Source: an uncultured Erythrobacter sp. (GTDB lineage Bacteria; Pseudomonadota; Alphaproteobacteria; Sphingomonadales; Sphingomonadaceae). Taken from it: a DNA stretch of 64,000 nt. Positions 38,085 to 48,816 of this stretch are shown here, piece after piece. The notes under the pieces are model-generated. The model did no database searches and was not told the origin of the DNA. It saw only the letters and a list, made by a program, of their open reading frames with translations. Numbering within the stretch: the stretch's first letter is position 1; the number at the start of each line of letters is the position of its first letter. The stretch covers positions 36,861-100,860 of the forward strand of contig CANLZI010000001.1 in NCBI GenBank assembly GCA_947495555.1, read 5' to 3'. The translations under genes and the position numbers were made by a program.

Positions 38085-38729
38085 TTACCCCCACTCCCGC
38101 TCTCGGTACCATTTGGTGATGACATATTTCACGCCTTTGCGCACCTTCATGCCGTGGTGCAGTGTGTTGGGATTGACCGCGCCATCATCCTTGCGATTGT
38201 TCCAGCACAACAACTTGCCTGGCTCCGGCTGGAATGTCTTGCTGATGGTTTTGAAGCGCGTCGCGCCGCCCGCATCCACCGCGTTGAGATAGACCATAAA
38301 GGTCCAGGTGCGTTGTCCCGCGACCGAGCAAAATTTGTCGAAATCCACTCCATCGGGAGCGAAATAGTCCGTGTGCGGCTTGAATTCCTGCCCCACATCA
38401 TAGCGTTGCCCTTGCACGGGTTCGCCAAATTTTGGATCGATCCCCGACAAGGTGAGCAGCTTTTGCTCCAAAGCCATTACGCAAGGCTCATCGGTTTCAA
38501 GATCGCAGGTCTCGCTGGTGCGGAAGTAATTATCGCCGTTCTTATCCGCCAAAGTGGAAGGGCGGCGGTTGGCGTCGATCAGGCCGATCAATTCCTGGCA
38601 CAAACCCTCGCCCAAAAAGTCGCGCAGTTGAAACAATTCCAGCTTTGCGCTGGGAACGCGTTGAACACGTGGCTGAGCCACCAAATGCCGGGCGGAAGAA
38701 TCACTTGCGAAGGGTGCGCCTTTGTCCAC
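38085..38729 (-). CDS. 2OG-Fe(II) oxygenase, prolyl 4-hydroxylase-like
   Basis: PHTDYF, YLN...GGAT.F and TLHHG...K...TKW. Confidence 0.9.
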   Translation of the reverse strand: MDKGAPFASDSSARHLVAQPRVQRVPSAKLELFQLRDFLGEGLCQELIGLIDANRRPSTLADKNGDNYFRTSETCDLETDEPCVMALEQKLLTLSGIDPKFGEPVQGQRYDVGQEFKPHTDYFAPDGVDFDKFCSVAGQRTWTFMVYLNAVDAGGATRFKTISKTFQPEPGKLLCWNNRKDDGAVNPNTLHHGMKVRKGVKYVITKWYREREWG

Positions 38730-38929
38730 GGCGTCAGAATAGGAAGCAGAGCCAATCGGGCAAGTGCGAAATAATATTACGTTTGCACCATCAAATGACA
38801 GTTTTCGCTTCCAAAACGGGCCACACTATGCAACAGGCTCGCCGCCGTCATGGCTGGCCTTGACCAGACAGCCTAGGCGCGTATCAGCCCCGTTCACGCG
38901 GCCTTTGAAGGACAGCGGCCGGGGCATGT

Positions 38930-39007
38930 GGCGATCGTAGCTCAGTTGGTTAGAGCGCCGGTTTGTGGTACCGGAGGTCGGGGGTTCGAGACCCCTCGAT
39001 CGCCCCA
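38930..39007 (+). tRNA. tRNA-His(GTG), canonical G-1:C73
   Basis: Acceptor stem GCGATCG/CGATCGC with G-1, anticodon loop TTGTGGT and encoded CCA. Confidence 0.97.
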
Positions 39008-39056
39008 TTTTCTCTCCCGCTGTCGGATGAGCGCGCAATTTTAAGAGGCGATAGCA

Positions 39057-40121
39057 ATGACAGCGTTCTGGACTGAACCGGATTATGATGACCACGAGCT
39101 GGTGCAGCTTGTGCGCGACCATGTTTCAGGTTTGACAGCGATTATTGCGGTCCATTCCAGCCATTGCGGACCCGGCGCTGGTGGCACCCGTTTCTGGCAC
39201 TATCCCGAACCCAAAGACGCGATGCGCGATGCCCTGCGGTTGAGCCGCGGTATGAGCTATAAGAATGCCATGGCTGGACTGCCGATGGGCGGCGGCAAAG
39301 CGGTTATTCTGGCCGATCGCAACAAAACCAAAACCCCCGAGATGTTGGCCGCGTTTGGCGATGCGATCGAAGCGCTGGGCGGGCAATATATCACCGCAGA
39401 AGATGTAGGCATTTCTGAAGCGGACATGGTGGCGGTCTCAAAACGGACCGCCCATGTCTCGGGATTGCCTGCACAAGGCGAGGACGCCGCCGGCGGCGAT
39501 CCTGGTCCGTTTACCGCTATGGGGATTTATCACGGCATCAAAGCCGCTGTGCGCCACAAATTGGGCAAAGACAGCGTGCAGGGCGTGCATGTGGCTGTGC
39601 AAGGCACCGGCAGCGTCGGCGGCGGCGTAGCGCGGCTGCTGGCCAAAGACGGCGCGAAATTGACGCTATCCGACATCCATGACGACCGGGCAAAGGCTCT
39701 GGCGCAGGAACTGGGTGCGCAATCGGTCGCCTCTGACGCGATCATGGGCATCGCTTGCGATGTCTTCAGCCCGAATGCATTGGGTGCCATTCTGGATGAC
39801 GAGGGTATTGCCCGTTTGGAAGCGCCGATCGTGGCAGGTGGCGCAAACAACCAGCTGGCCCGCGCGCATCATGGTGAAGTGCTGGCAAAGCGCGGAATTC
39901 TTTACGCTCCGGACTATGTCATTAATGCTGGCGGCATCATCAGCGTGGCGACAGAGCACCTCGCCCGCCAAGCTGGCAAGCCATGCGACATCAACGAAGT
40001 ACGCAAGCGGATTGCGCATATTCCAGGCCGCCTGGAAGAGATTTGGCAGGAAAGCGATTCCAGCAAACTTTCACCCGATGTGGTGGCCGACAAAATGGCT
40101 CAGAAACTGATCGGGCGTTAA
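39057..40121 (+). CDS. Glu/Leu/Phe/Val dehydrogenase (leucine dehydrogenase-like)
   Basis: GGTRFWHY, GGGKAV, AEDVG, QGTGSVG and APDYVINAGG. Confidence 0.93.
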   Translation: MTAFWTEPDYDDHELVQLVRDHVSGLTAIIAVHSSHCGPGAGGTRFWHYPEPKDAMRDALRLSRGMSYKNAMAGLPMGGGKAVILADRNKTKTPEMLAAFGDAIEALGGQYITAEDVGISEADMVAVSKRTAHVSGLPAQGEDAAGGDPGPFTAMGIYHGIKAAVRHKLGKDSVQGVHVAVQGTGSVGGGVARLLAKDGAKLTLSDIHDDRAKALAQELGAQSVASDAIMGIACDVFSPNALGAILDDEGIARLEAPIVAGGANNQLARAHHGEVLAKRGILYAPDYVINAGGIISVATEHLARQAGKPCDINEVRKRIAHIPGRLEEIWQESDSSKLSPDVVADKMAQKLIGR

Positions 40122-40199
40122 ACGCGACATCAGTTGAGTAATTTGCAGTCTTGTCGGGGGCTGGGGGGGCTGTATTAGCCTTAGCAACGGAAACGATCC

Positions 40200-40919
40200 A
40201 TGCACGGCTTTGCAAACCCCACCCGCTTCCTTTCGCTCGCGAAATGGCTGACCCCGCTGCTTCTGGTTAGCGGGTTTGTGCTGACGAGCGTCGCGCTGGT
40301 GTGGGGCCTGTTTGCGGTACCGCCCGATCGCTTGATGGGCGAGACAGTGCGGATCCTGTTCATCCACGTTCCTTCGGCCTGGCTGGGCATGGGGGGATGG
40401 ATGGCAATTGCCGTTTCCAGCCTGATATTTCTGGTTTGGCGTCACCCTTTGGCTGCATTGGCCGCGCGTGCAGCGGCTGTACCCGGCATGGCCTTTACCG
40501 CCATTTGTCTTGCCACCGGTTCGATCTGGGGCAGGCCCACATGGGGCACCTGGTGGGAATGGGACGGTCGGCTTACCAGCATGCTGGTGCTGTTGTTCCT
40601 ATATGCCGGATACATCGCCTTGGCGCAGGCCGTTGCCAAGGATGGCGGATCTTCGCGCATTCCGGCGATTTTCGGGCTGGTTGGCGCAATCAACATACCG
40701 ATTATCAATCGCTCGGTTGTGTGGTGGAATTCGATCCATCAACCGCCCAGCATCACGCTGGGGAAGAGCTCGATCGATACCGTCTATATGGTGCCATTGT
40801 CGGTTGCCTTGCTGGGATTCTCACTGTTGTTTGGCGGCGTGGTTCTGTCGCGTATGCGCGCGTTGTTGGCCGATTTTCAGGCTGATGCCCGATTGCGTAG
40901 AAAGGCGTTGGAAGCATGA
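40200..40919 (+). CDS. ccmC: Heme ABC transporter permease CcmC
   Basis: WWD motif WGRPTWGTWWEWDGRLTS; HVPSAW. Confidence 0.95.
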   Translation: MHGFANPTRFLSLAKWLTPLLLVSGFVLTSVALVWGLFAVPPDRLMGETVRILFIHVPSAWLGMGGWMAIAVSSLIFLVWRHPLAALAARAAAVPGMAFTAICLATGSIWGRPTWGTWWEWDGRLTSMLVLLFLYAGYIALAQAVAKDGGSSRIPAIFGLVGAINIPIINRSVVWWNSIHQPPSITLGKSSIDTVYMVPLSVALLGFSLLFGGVVLSRMRALLADFQADARLRRKALEA

Positions 40920-41056
40920 GAGAGGGCCTGGATCAGTGGGAATTCGTGGTCATGGCCTATGCTGTGGCTATTGCGGGCACGCTGGTCATGATCGGCTGGA
41001 GCTGGCTCTCTATGCGCCGGGCAGAAGCGCGCCGTGACAAGGTCAAACGCAAATGA
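40916..41056 (+). CDS. ccmD: Heme exporter protein CcmD
   Basis: Manual translation MREGLDQWEFVVMAYAVAIAGTLVMIGWSWLSMRRAEARRDKVKRK; overlaps ccmC and ccmE. Confidence 0.85.
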   Translation: MREGLDQWEFVVMAYAVAIAGTLVMIGWSWLSMRRAEARRDKVKRK

Positions 41057-41523
41057 GCGGACTGAAAGCCAAACATCAGCGATTGGTGCTGATCGTGATT
41101 GCCCTGGTCGCGATTTTGGGCGCTGGATTGCTGGCGGCCTGGGCGCTGCGCAATCAAGCCAACTATTTCTATTTGCCGGATCAATTGGTGGAAGCTCCGC
41201 CTGCGCCCGGACAACCCGTTCGTTTGGGCGGAATGGTGGCACAAGGCTCAATTCGGACGCTGAGCGATGGTGTGACCGTGTCCTTTGTCGTCACCGATCA
41301 AGAGGCCGCCCGAGTGCCGGTGCAGTTCAGCGGCATCCTACCCGATTTGTTTGTCGAAGGATCGGGCGTGGTGGCCGAGGGTAGCTTGAACCGTGACGGC
41401 GTGTTCATCGCAGACAATCTGCTGGCCAAGCATGACGAGAATTACGTGCCGAGAGAGCTTCAGGAAATAAGCCAGCATCAGGCTGCGCGCATGGCTGAAG
41501 AAACGACGGTGGGCCTAGAGTGA
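41053..41523 (+). CDS. ccmE: Cytochrome c maturation heme chaperone
   Basis: LLAKHDENY heme-binding motif. Confidence 0.96.
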   Translation: MSGLKAKHQRLVLIVIALVAILGAGLLAAWALRNQANYFYLPDQLVEAPPAPGQPVRLGGMVAQGSIRTLSDGVTVSFVVTDQEAARVPVQFSGILPDLFVEGSGVVAEGSLNRDGVFIADNLLAKHDENYVPRELQEISQHQAARMAEETTVGLE

Positions 41524-43481
41524 TTGCAGAGCTAGGTCTGGCCGCGCTTTGGCTGTGCGCCGCGTTGGCTGTGTTGCAGCTGATCGGCGGGGCATTGGCT
41601 CAGCGCAGGGACACTGCATCCGGTTTGGCAGCGATGGTACGCCCAGCAGCAATGTTGCAAGGCTTGCTCGCCGGATTGGCCTTTGCCTGTCTGCTGTGGG
41701 TGTTCGCGGTGACCGATTTATCGGTGAAACTGGTCGCGACCAACTCGCACAGCTTAAAGCCGATGCTGTTCAAACTGTCGGGTGCATGGGGCAATCACGA
41801 AGGCTCTATGCTGTTGTGGGTGACGGTGATGGCATTGGCTGGCGGTTTGATCGCGATGGTCGAAAAGCGCCTGCCAGAAAAGACCATGCAGGCCACCTTG
41901 GCCGCGCAAGGGTTTGTGGCCATCGGTTTTTATGCCTTTCTGCTGATTAGCTCCAACCCGTTTGAGCGACTGGCTGTTGCAGCGGTTGAGGGTCAGGGGC
42001 TGAACCCCTTGCTGCAAGACGCTGGCTTGGCCTTTCATCCACCCACCTTGTATTTTGGTTATGTCGGACTGTCTGTCGCTTTCAGCTTTGCTGTTGGGGC
42101 CTTGCTGACGCGCAATGTAACGCCCGAATTCGCCCGCGTCATGCGCCCATGGGTGCTGGGCGCTTGGGTGTTCCTCACACTCGGCATTACGGCGGGCAGT
42201 TACTGGGCCTATTACGAATTGGGCTGGGGCGGCTGGTGGTTTTGGGACCCGGTAGAGAACGCATCGCTGATGCCGTGGCTGGCGGCGACTGCTTTGCTCC
42301 ACTCAGTCAGCGTTCTGGCCGCGCGCGATGCCTTGCGTACCTGGACGATTATGCTGGGCGTTGTCGCCTTTTCGATGAGCATGCTGGGCACATTCCTGGT
42401 TCGCTCAGGCCTGCTTACCAGTGTGCACGCTTTTGCGGTTGATCCAGAGCGCGGCACCTTCATCCTGTTTCTGTTGGCGATCTATATCGGTGGAGCATTG
42501 CTGCTGTTTGGCTTGCGCGCAGGTCATGTTCGCGAAGGGGAGCGGTTTCAACTGACCAGCCGCGAGGGCGCTTTGGTGTTCAATAATGTTATGCTGAGCG
42601 CAATTTTGGGGATCGTGCTGTTGGGCACATTGTATCCGCTGTTGACCGAAGCCTTTGACGTGCGCGTGTCGGTCGGGCCTCCTTACTTTAATCCGGTCGG
42701 TGCCATTTTCACGATCCCAATGTTGTTGGTGATGGCGGTAGGGCCGCTGCTCAGGTGGCGCAGGGATTCGATCGAGCGGATCAAACTACCGATCGCAATC
42801 GTCACCTCAATTATCGTCTCTGTGGCGGTATTGGCTGCGCTCATGGGAGATATTGCCGTTCTGCCCCTATTAGGCTTGTGCGTTGCCATCGGATTGGCTG
42901 TGGCCAGCTTCCTGCCTCTTCGCGGACGCAACCTATTGCGCGTGCCGATTGCGACTTGGGGCATGGTCTTGGCGCATTTCGGGATCGCCGTAGCGTTGTT
43001 TGGCATGGCCAGTGACAGCGCTTTTACCAAAGAACGCCTTGCCGCACTGCAGCTGGGCGAGGAAGTAACGGTGGGCGATTGGCGGGTCACATTGGACGGC
43101 GTTGACCCAGTTGCTGGCCCAAATTGGACCGCGATGGAGGCTCAAGTTTCAGCGTGGCGGGGATCAGGCGCTCCGATCCTGTTGCTGCCCCAGTCTCGCA
43201 ATTTCTGGGCTCCGCCCATGCAAACCAGTGAAAGCGCGCTGGCTACGCAATGGGATGGACAGCTTTACGCGGTTATCGGCAACCGAACCGAAGATGGCCG
43301 GTGGCAGTTGCGGGTGTGGTGGAAGCCGTTTGTCACCTTCATCTGGTATGGTGGACTGTTGATTGCGCTGGGTGGGGCGCTGGCCGCAATTGGCCGAGTG
43401 ATGGCCGATTTGAAACGTCGCAGCGTTCGGGCGAGGGCAAACAGCCGCCGGACAGAGCGCCGTGCAAAGGGGTTCGCCTGA
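41520..43481 (+). CDS. ccmF: Cytochrome c heme lyase subunit
   Basis: WGNHEGS, HPPTLY and WGGWWFWDPVEN. Confidence 0.96.
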   Translation: MIAELGLAALWLCAALAVLQLIGGALAQRRDTASGLAAMVRPAAMLQGLLAGLAFACLLWVFAVTDLSVKLVATNSHSLKPMLFKLSGAWGNHEGSMLLWVTVMALAGGLIAMVEKRLPEKTMQATLAAQGFVAIGFYAFLLISSNPFERLAVAAVEGQGLNPLLQDAGLAFHPPTLYFGYVGLSVAFSFAVGALLTRNVTPEFARVMRPWVLGAWVFLTLGITAGSYWAYYELGWGGWWFWDPVENASLMPWLAATALLHSVSVLAARDALRTWTIMLGVVAFSMSMLGTFLVRSGLLTSVHAFAVDPERGTFILFLLAIYIGGALLLFGLRAGHVREGERFQLTSREGALVFNNVMLSAILGIVLLGTLYPLLTEAFDVRVSVGPPYFNPVGAIFTIPMLLVMAVGPLLRWRRDSIERIKLPIAIVTSIIVSVAVLAALMGDIAVLPLLGLCVAIGLAVASFLPLRGRNLLRVPIATWGMVLAHFGIAVALFGMASDSAFTKERLAALQLGEEVTVGDWRVTLDGVDPVAGPNWTAMEAQVSAWRGSGAPILLLPQSRNFWAPPMQTSESALATQWDGQLYAVIGNRTEDGRWQLRVWWKPFVTFIWYGGLLIALGGALAAIGRVMADLKRRSVRARANSRRTERRAKGFA

Positions 43482-44005
43482 TGCGATGGACATTGTGGGT
43501 GCCTTTGGCACTGTTCACCTTCTTTCTGGGGCTTGCCGCCTATCAGCTGAGCCAGCCCAAGGATGATGTCATCGTGTCGGGCATGATCGGCAAACCGTTG
43601 CCGCAATTCTCGCTCGAACCGATCAGTCCGGACCGACCCGGCGTCAGCACTGCCGATTTTCAGGACGGCACGCCCAAGCTGCTCAATATCTGGGCCAGTT
43701 GGTGCCTACCCTGCATTGCTGAGGCTCCGCATTTGGAGCGGTTGAAGGAGCAAGGCGTACAGATCATCGGCATTGCCATTCGGGACAAGCCGGAAGATGT
43801 CGCGCGCTTTCTCAACCGACATGGCAATCCTTATACGCGGATCGGATCGGATGATCTTTCTGCCATCCAGTTTGAATTGGGTTCATCCGGTGTGCCCGAA
43901 ACCTATGTCATCGATGGTGATGGCATGATCCGTTACCAGCATATTGGCGATGTCAGAGCAGAGCATGTGCCCATGCTGATCCAGCAGCTGGAGGCGGCCC
44001 GATGA
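43481..44005 (+). CDS. ccmG: DsbE-family thiol:disulfide interchange protein
   Basis: WASWCLPC and SGVPETYVID. Confidence 0.93.
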   Translation: MRWTLWVPLALFTFFLGLAAYQLSQPKDDVIVSGMIGKPLPQFSLEPISPDRPGVSTADFQDGTPKLLNIWASWCLPCIAEAPHLERLKEQGVQIIGIAIRDKPEDVARFLNRHGNPYTRIGSDDLSAIQFELGSSGVPETYVIDGDGMIRYQHIGDVRAEHVPMLIQQLEAAR

Positions 44006-44457
44006 CGCGCCATTTCCTTGCCTGGATGGCCGGGCTGGCAGCCATGGCTAGCGCCATGTTCGCAATGCCCATTCTGGCGCAAAGCAGCACAGCTCCTGCG
44101 CCTTATGCTTATCAGCAATTGGACGATCCTGCGCTAGAGCGGCGCGCGACCGATTTGATGCATACGCTGCGCTGCCTCACCTGCCAAAGCCAGTCGATCG
44201 CCGATAGCGATGCCAGCATGGCCGGCGATATGCGCCATCAGGTCCGCACCCGGATTTTGGCCGGAGAAGAACCAGAGGCGATCCGTGCGTGGCTGATCGA
44301 GCGCTATGGCGACTATGTCAGCTATGATCCGCAGGTCAGCGCAACCACATGGCCTCTGTTCGCGGTACCCTTGCTATTGTTGCTGCTTGCCGGATTGATC
44401 CTGCGCAAACGAATTGGTCGCGGCGGTGTGGCTGATAGAGAGGGAGAGGGCACATGA
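44002..44457 (+). CDS. ccmH: Cytochrome c biogenesis protein CcmH
   Basis: LRCLTCQSQSIADS. Confidence 0.93.
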   Translation: MTRHFLAWMAGLAAMASAMFAMPILAQSSTAPAPYAYQQLDDPALERRATDLMHTLRCLTCQSQSIADSDASMAGDMRHQVRTRILAGEEPEAIRAWLIERYGDYVSYDPQVSATTWPLFAVPLLLLLLAGLILRKRIGRGGVADREGEGT

Positions 44458-45104
44458 GCTGGCTTCCCATCATCGCGCTAGCGGCAATCGCCTTTCTGGT
44501 CGCCGCCTTTGTCCTGCGTCTACCGCGCCGCAGCTGGACATTCTTTGGTGCCGTGCTGCTGTTCGGGCTGGCCGGATATGCCGTGCAGGGCCAACCAGGG
44601 TTGCCAGCTGCGCCCAAAGCTGCCGACATTCGCGCATCGCAATCAGGCGAAGCAATGGTGGAGGCCCGGCAGGAATTGTTCGATCCTGCGCAGCCACGCC
44701 CGGGCTATCTGACGGTGTCGGATGGCTTTGCGCGTAAGGGCCGGTTTGACCAGGCGGCGCAATTGCTGCGCAAAGGACTGCAGGACAACCCAAACCATGG
44801 CGAAGGCTGGCTGGCCTTGGCCAATGCTCTGGTTGAGCATGCCGAAGGGCAAGTGACCCCGCCTGCCACCTATGCCTTTGCCAAGGCTGAGGAAACCATG
44901 CCCGGCAATCCAGCCCCAGCCTATTTCCTTGGATTCTCGCTGCTGCGTTCGGGCAAGCCGGACGAGGCCCGCGGTGTGTGGCAGGCCTTGTTGGATTCAT
45001 CGCCCGATAATGCGCCGTGGCGCGATGATTTGGCCACCCGGCTCGAGCGGCTCGACCAACTCATTGACCTGATCGAGGCGCAACCGATCCAGCCAGCGCC
45101 GTAA
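44454..45104 (+). CDS. TPR protein, CcmI/CycH-like
   Basis: N-terminal TM helices and TPR-like helices; last gene of the ccm cluster. Confidence 0.75.
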   Translation: MSWLPIIALAAIAFLVAAFVLRLPRRSWTFFGAVLLFGLAGYAVQGQPGLPAAPKAADIRASQSGEAMVEARQELFDPAQPRPGYLTVSDGFARKGRFDQAAQLLRKGLQDNPNHGEGWLALANALVEHAEGQVTPPATYAFAKAEETMPGNPAPAYFLGFSLLRSGKPDEARGVWQALLDSSPDNAPWRDDLATRLERLDQLIDLIEAQPIQPAP

Positions 45105-45250
45105 CCGGCATCCTTTCAGCAGCCCAATCGCAGCTTGCCGGGCGGAATTGGCGGTGCTAAGCGCCGCCGCCTTGCGTTCGAAGCGGTAAAGTTTGCCGAC
45201 AGTCAGTGCGCATGGGCAGTACCGGAACCACATCGGGAAATCCTTAGGGT

Positions 45251-47176
45251 ATGAGCGAAAACACAGCGCCAGCAATTGCCTCGCCACATGGCGGGAAGGG
45301 CGGTCATCAGGGCACCAAAGCGGCCTTGGCCGTTGGCGCTATTGGTGTCGTGTTTGGCGATATTGGTACCAGCCCGCTGTATGCTTTCCGCGAAACCTTT
45401 GTTGGCCCGCACCCGCTCGCGCTGGATGCGGCCCATGTATTGGGTGTTATCAGCCTGATCTTCTGGTCGATGACGCTGGTCGTTGCGATCCAATATGTCA
45501 CCATTCTGATGCGCGCTGATAACAAGGGGCAGGGCGGTTCGCTCGCTCTGGTTGCTCTCATCTCCAGCCATATCAGCAAGTCGAAATACGGCTGGCTGGC
45601 GGTGCTGTTGGGGGTCTTTGCGACATCGCTGTTCTATGGCGATAGCATGATCACGCCGGCCATTTCCGTTCTATCGGCGGTGGAGGGTTTGACGGTCGTT
45701 GACGAGGGTTTGCAGCCCTTTGTTATCCCTATTGCGCTCGCGCTGCTGGTGTTCCTGTTCGTGCTGCAGAAACGCGGCACGGCCAAGGTCGGCGCGCTGT
45801 TTGCGCCGGTGATGATCGTCTATTTCACGGTCATCGCATCGATGGGTGCGTGGCAAATCATCCAGACACCCGACATCTTGTGGGCGCTCAACCCCTATCA
45901 CGCGATTAATTTCTTCGTCCTCGATGGTTGGCTGGCGTTTTTAGCACTGGGTTCGGTGGTGTTGGCGGTAACCGGTTCAGAGGCGCTATACTCGGACATG
46001 GGCCATTTCGGCAGAGGCCCCATGCGCCTGTCATGGTTCGGCTTTGTCATGCCTTGCCTATTGCTCAACTATTTCGGACAGGGCGCGATGATCATCGGCC
46101 TTCCGCCAGAGCAAGCCGCTGAGGCCATTCAGAGCCCGTTCTTCTTCCTTGCGAATGAGGAATGGCGCCTGCCGCTGGTGTTTCTCGCCACCTTTGCAAC
46201 CTTTATCGCCAGCCAGGCCGTGATCTCGGGCGCGTTCTCTATCACTCATCAGGCAATCCAGATGGGCTATATCCCCCGTCTGTCGATTCGCCACACCAGC
46301 GAGACAGAGGGCGGCCAGATTTACATTCCGGTGGTCAATTGGGCGCTGATGGTGGCCGTTATCATTCTGGTGCTGACCTTCCAAAACTCGTCCAATCTCG
46401 CCAGCGCCTATGGCATCGCCGTAACCGGCGCGGTCACCATCGATACGCTGCTGATGGGTGTGCTGTTTGTGGGCGTATGGAAGTGGAAGTGGTGGTACGC
46501 CGCGCCCGTCGTCGCTCTGTTCCTGATCGTTGATGGCGCCTATTTCGCAGCCAACCTCACCAAGGTTCCTGATGGCGGCTGGTTCCCGCTGATGGTCGGC
46601 TTTATCGCCTTCCTGCTGCTGACCACTTGGGCGCGCGGCCGCAAGTTGATGCGCGCACGGATGAGCGAAGTTGCTCTGCCAATGGAAATCTTTGCCAAAT
46701 CGGCCAACAATTCGGCCACCCGCGTTCCCGGCACGGCGATCTTTATGGCCTCTGCCACCGCAGGCGTACCATCGGCGCTGCTGCACAATATCAAGCATAA
46801 TAAGGTGCTGCATGAACGCGTGGTGATCCTGACGGTCAACATCACCGACGAACCCTATGTCGATCCAGCGCTACGTTGCGAATACACCGATATGGGCGAC
46901 GGGTTTTATCGCGGCGTGTTGAACTATGGCTTCATGGAAGAAACCAATGTTCCGCAAGGGCTGAAACAGATGGAGCAGTGCGGCGGCGAGTTTGACATGA
47001 TGCAAACCAGCTTCTTCCTCTCGCGCCAGACGCTGTTGGCCAGCGAAAATCCGGGAATGCCAATCTGGCGGGAGAAGATCTTCGCCTGGATGCTGCGCAA
47101 TTCGGCAACGGCGATGGAATTCTTCCGCCTGCCAACCAATCGCGTGGTCGAATTGGGCAGCCAAGTCGAGATTTAG
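45251..47176 (+). CDS. kup: Potassium transporter Kup
   Basis: [23 protein letters not shown] and SFFLSR. Confidence 0.96.
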   Translation: MSENTAPAIASPHGGKGGHQGTKAALAVGAIGVVFGDIGTSPLYAFRETFVGPHPLALDAAHVLGVISLIFWSMTLVVAIQYVTILMRADNKGQGGSLALVALISSHISKSKYGWLAVLLGVFATSLFYGDSMITPAISVLSAVEGLTVVDEGLQPFVIPIALALLVFLFVLQKRGTAKVGALFAPVMIVYFTVIASMGAWQIIQTPDILWALNPYHAINFFVLDGWLAFLALGSVVLAVTGSEALYSDMGHFGRGPMRLSWFGFVMPCLLLNYFGQGAMIIGLPPEQAAEAIQSPFFFLANEEWRLPLVFLATFATFIASQAVISGAFSITHQAIQMGYIPRLSIRHTSETEGGQIYIPVVNWALMVAVIILVLTFQNSSNLASAYGIAVTGAVTIDTLLMGVLFVGVWKWKWWYAAPVVALFLIVDGAYFAANLTKVPDGGWFPLMVGFIAFLLLTTWARGRKLMRARMSEVALPMEIFAKSANNSATRVPGTAIFMASATAGVPSALLHNIKHNKVLHERVVILTVNITDEPYVDPALRCEYTDMGDGFYRGVLNYGFMEETNVPQGLKQMEQCGGEFDMMQTSFFLSRQTLLASENPGMPIWREKIFAWMLRNSATAMEFFRLPTNRVVELGSQVEI

Positions 47177-47200
47177 CACTGTGTGCCGAGCTCGGTTCTG

Positions 47201-47231
47201 TGCGTCTGCAAGCGACCAAGTTGCAGACATT
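47201..47231 (+). repeat. Junction palindrome family, copy 4
   Basis: TGCGTCTGCAAGCGACCAAGTTGCAGACATT, 24 bp after the kup stop. Confidence 0.7.
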
Positions 47232-47278
47232 CTGGGGAAATGCTTCAATGTGAGTGTGTGCAAACCGGAGAGCGCAGC

Positions 47279-47500
47279 ATGGTTGGAAAAATATTGATGA
47301 TCCTTGCCATTATCGCGACTTGCGTCAGCGCGTGCATGGCAGTCCTCGTGGTGTTGATTGTCGGCGGTACACTGTTCGAAGTTTATTCCACCACCTATCT
47401 GGTCGATTGGTCAAATCCATCAGACCTATTCATGCTCCTCCTGATATACGCGCCACTTCCCCTCTGGCTCGCCTTCTTTCTTTCTCGGTTCGCTCGGTAA
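47279..47500 (+). CDS. Small two-TM hypothetical protein
   Basis: GGAG RBS, two hydrophobic segments; the TAA stop overlaps the first bases of repeat copy 5. Confidence 0.7.
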   Translation: MVGKILMILAIIATCVSACMAVLVVLIVGGTLFEVYSTTYLVDWSNPSDLFMLLLIYAPLPLWLAFFLSRFAR

Positions 47501-47529
47501 TGGGCGACTTCGACCAAATTGCGGGCGTT
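47499..47529 (+). repeat. Junction palindrome family, copy 5
   Basis: AATGGGCGACTTCGACCAAATTGCGGGCGTT, between the two inserted genes. Confidence 0.6.
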
Positions 47530-47613
47530 GAATTCCTTTGACCATTCGCATCAAAGCAGGTGGAAGTTTCGGCAAATCGTCACGTCCAAAATAGAATTGA
47601 GGAAGGCAAACAA

Positions 47614-48600
47614 TTAAAGTTCGTGCAATTTGGTGGCCATTCCTCCTATGTCACCAATTGCAAAGAAGGCATCGTGCTCACTTATTGTGACTGGTCTTTG
47701 CAAACGGTATTGACCATTCGCGTCCTTGATTAGGGGCGATATCAAGTCAAAATCTTGGCCACTGACCTCAGCCCTGCCCCTCACCGCCCACGCGACTTCA
47801 CCCCATTTAACTTGCTCATATGTTTCAGCGCTCCAATCGATTTCATGCTCTGAGATCAGAAGACGAATGTTGATCGTTAGTTTCTTCAGATGCGCCCAAG
47901 AGTCTGCAAACGAATTATACTCCAGCCCTTTGAATGGCTCCCATCCTTCAAAGTTCACCGACACAACGATTTCTTCGTTTCTCGGCAGCTCTGCGGTGTT
48001 TCGGGGATTGCCGAAGAAGTGCCAGTCAAGCAGATCATTGATCGACAACTTCTTACCGTCAGCTTGCCGGAATATCTTTTCGAATGGGCTCGGCATCTCT
48101 CCCTGGGGTTTACTTGGATCAATTCTCATGGGGTGCAGAGGTTCGATCATCAAACCCTCGACCTTATCGTACCGAACGTTCTGGAGTTTTGGGTGCGCTT
48201 CGAACCCAATTCCCTCAAGCTTTCCCTGATCAAGTCCCTTAAGAGTCAGGAGCCGCACCGTTGGGCCTACCTCATCTGCTTTCTCTTCGATTGACGCGGG
48301 GAACCCTTCTTCTGAAACGCAGATCAAATGCTGAGCTCCCACCTCACGCATTTTTTCCAACCAGCCTCCGAATTCTCCAATTGTCGGTTTGCAACCCCGC
48401 TTTTGGACTTCAATAATCGACGTAGTTTGCCGAGGCGCCTCGCCATGAATAACCACTACATCACATTGCCGCTTTCTTGCGCTCTTGCTTGCAAGGACTC
48501 GTAGCTGTTGATTCCACAAAACCTTGGCCCCATTGCCAAGTCGGCTTTCGATCGCCGCGACAATCTTCTCTTTCCGCTTCCAGTCTGGGTCTGTGCTCAA
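47614..48600 (-). CDS. Restriction endonuclease-like protein (Mrr-type catalytic N-terminal domain)
   Basis: RQCDVVV...IIEVQKR...KMREVGA...CVSEEGF fits the Mrr_cat-type pattern. No methyltransferase is adjacent; TTG start. Confidence 0.7.
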   Translation of the reverse strand: MSTDPDWKRKEKIVAAIESRLGNGAKVLWNQQLRVLASKSARKRQCDVVVIHGEAPRQTTSIIEVQKRGCKPTIGEFGGWLEKMREVGAQHLICVSEEGFPASIEEKADEVGPTVRLLTLKGLDQGKLEGIGFEAHPKLQNVRYDKVEGLMIEPLHPMRIDPSKPQGEMPSPFEKIFRQADGKKLSINDLLDWHFFGNPRNTAELPRNEEIVVSVNFEGWEPFKGLEYNSFADSWAHLKKLTINIRLLISEHEIDWSAETYEQVKWGEVAWAVRGRAEVSGQDFDLISPLIKDANGQYRLQRPVTISEHDAFFAIGDIGGMATKLHEL

Positions 48601-48816
48601 TAGCTGTAATCCTGACTAAGAGTTTTGACGGCGGAACGTGTAGGGTTCTTGGGAGCTATCTTCCGAAACTAGAGAACATTGTTTGTATAGGTAAACGTAT
48701 TGCTTCCGAACGTGCGAGCTAAGGAATCCAAGTGCGATAACCCGTTCCCATTGTCAATTTTGAGGATACGGATGACAAATTTTGACAGCTGCCGCGCCGC
48801 TCGATCGTAAAGGACG

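Noticed and set aside
38034-38774. 246-aa plus-strand ORF
   Set aside because: Antisense to the 2OG-Fe(II) oxygenase. Similar long antisense ORFs over tsf, bamA, kup, ilvB-like and aspS genes were rejected as GC-rich shadows.
38930-39057. Integration at tRNA-His, or the G-1-less alphaproteobacterial tRNA-His variant
   Set aside because: No integrase or duplicated 3' end follows, and the tRNA has the canonical G-1:C73 pair.
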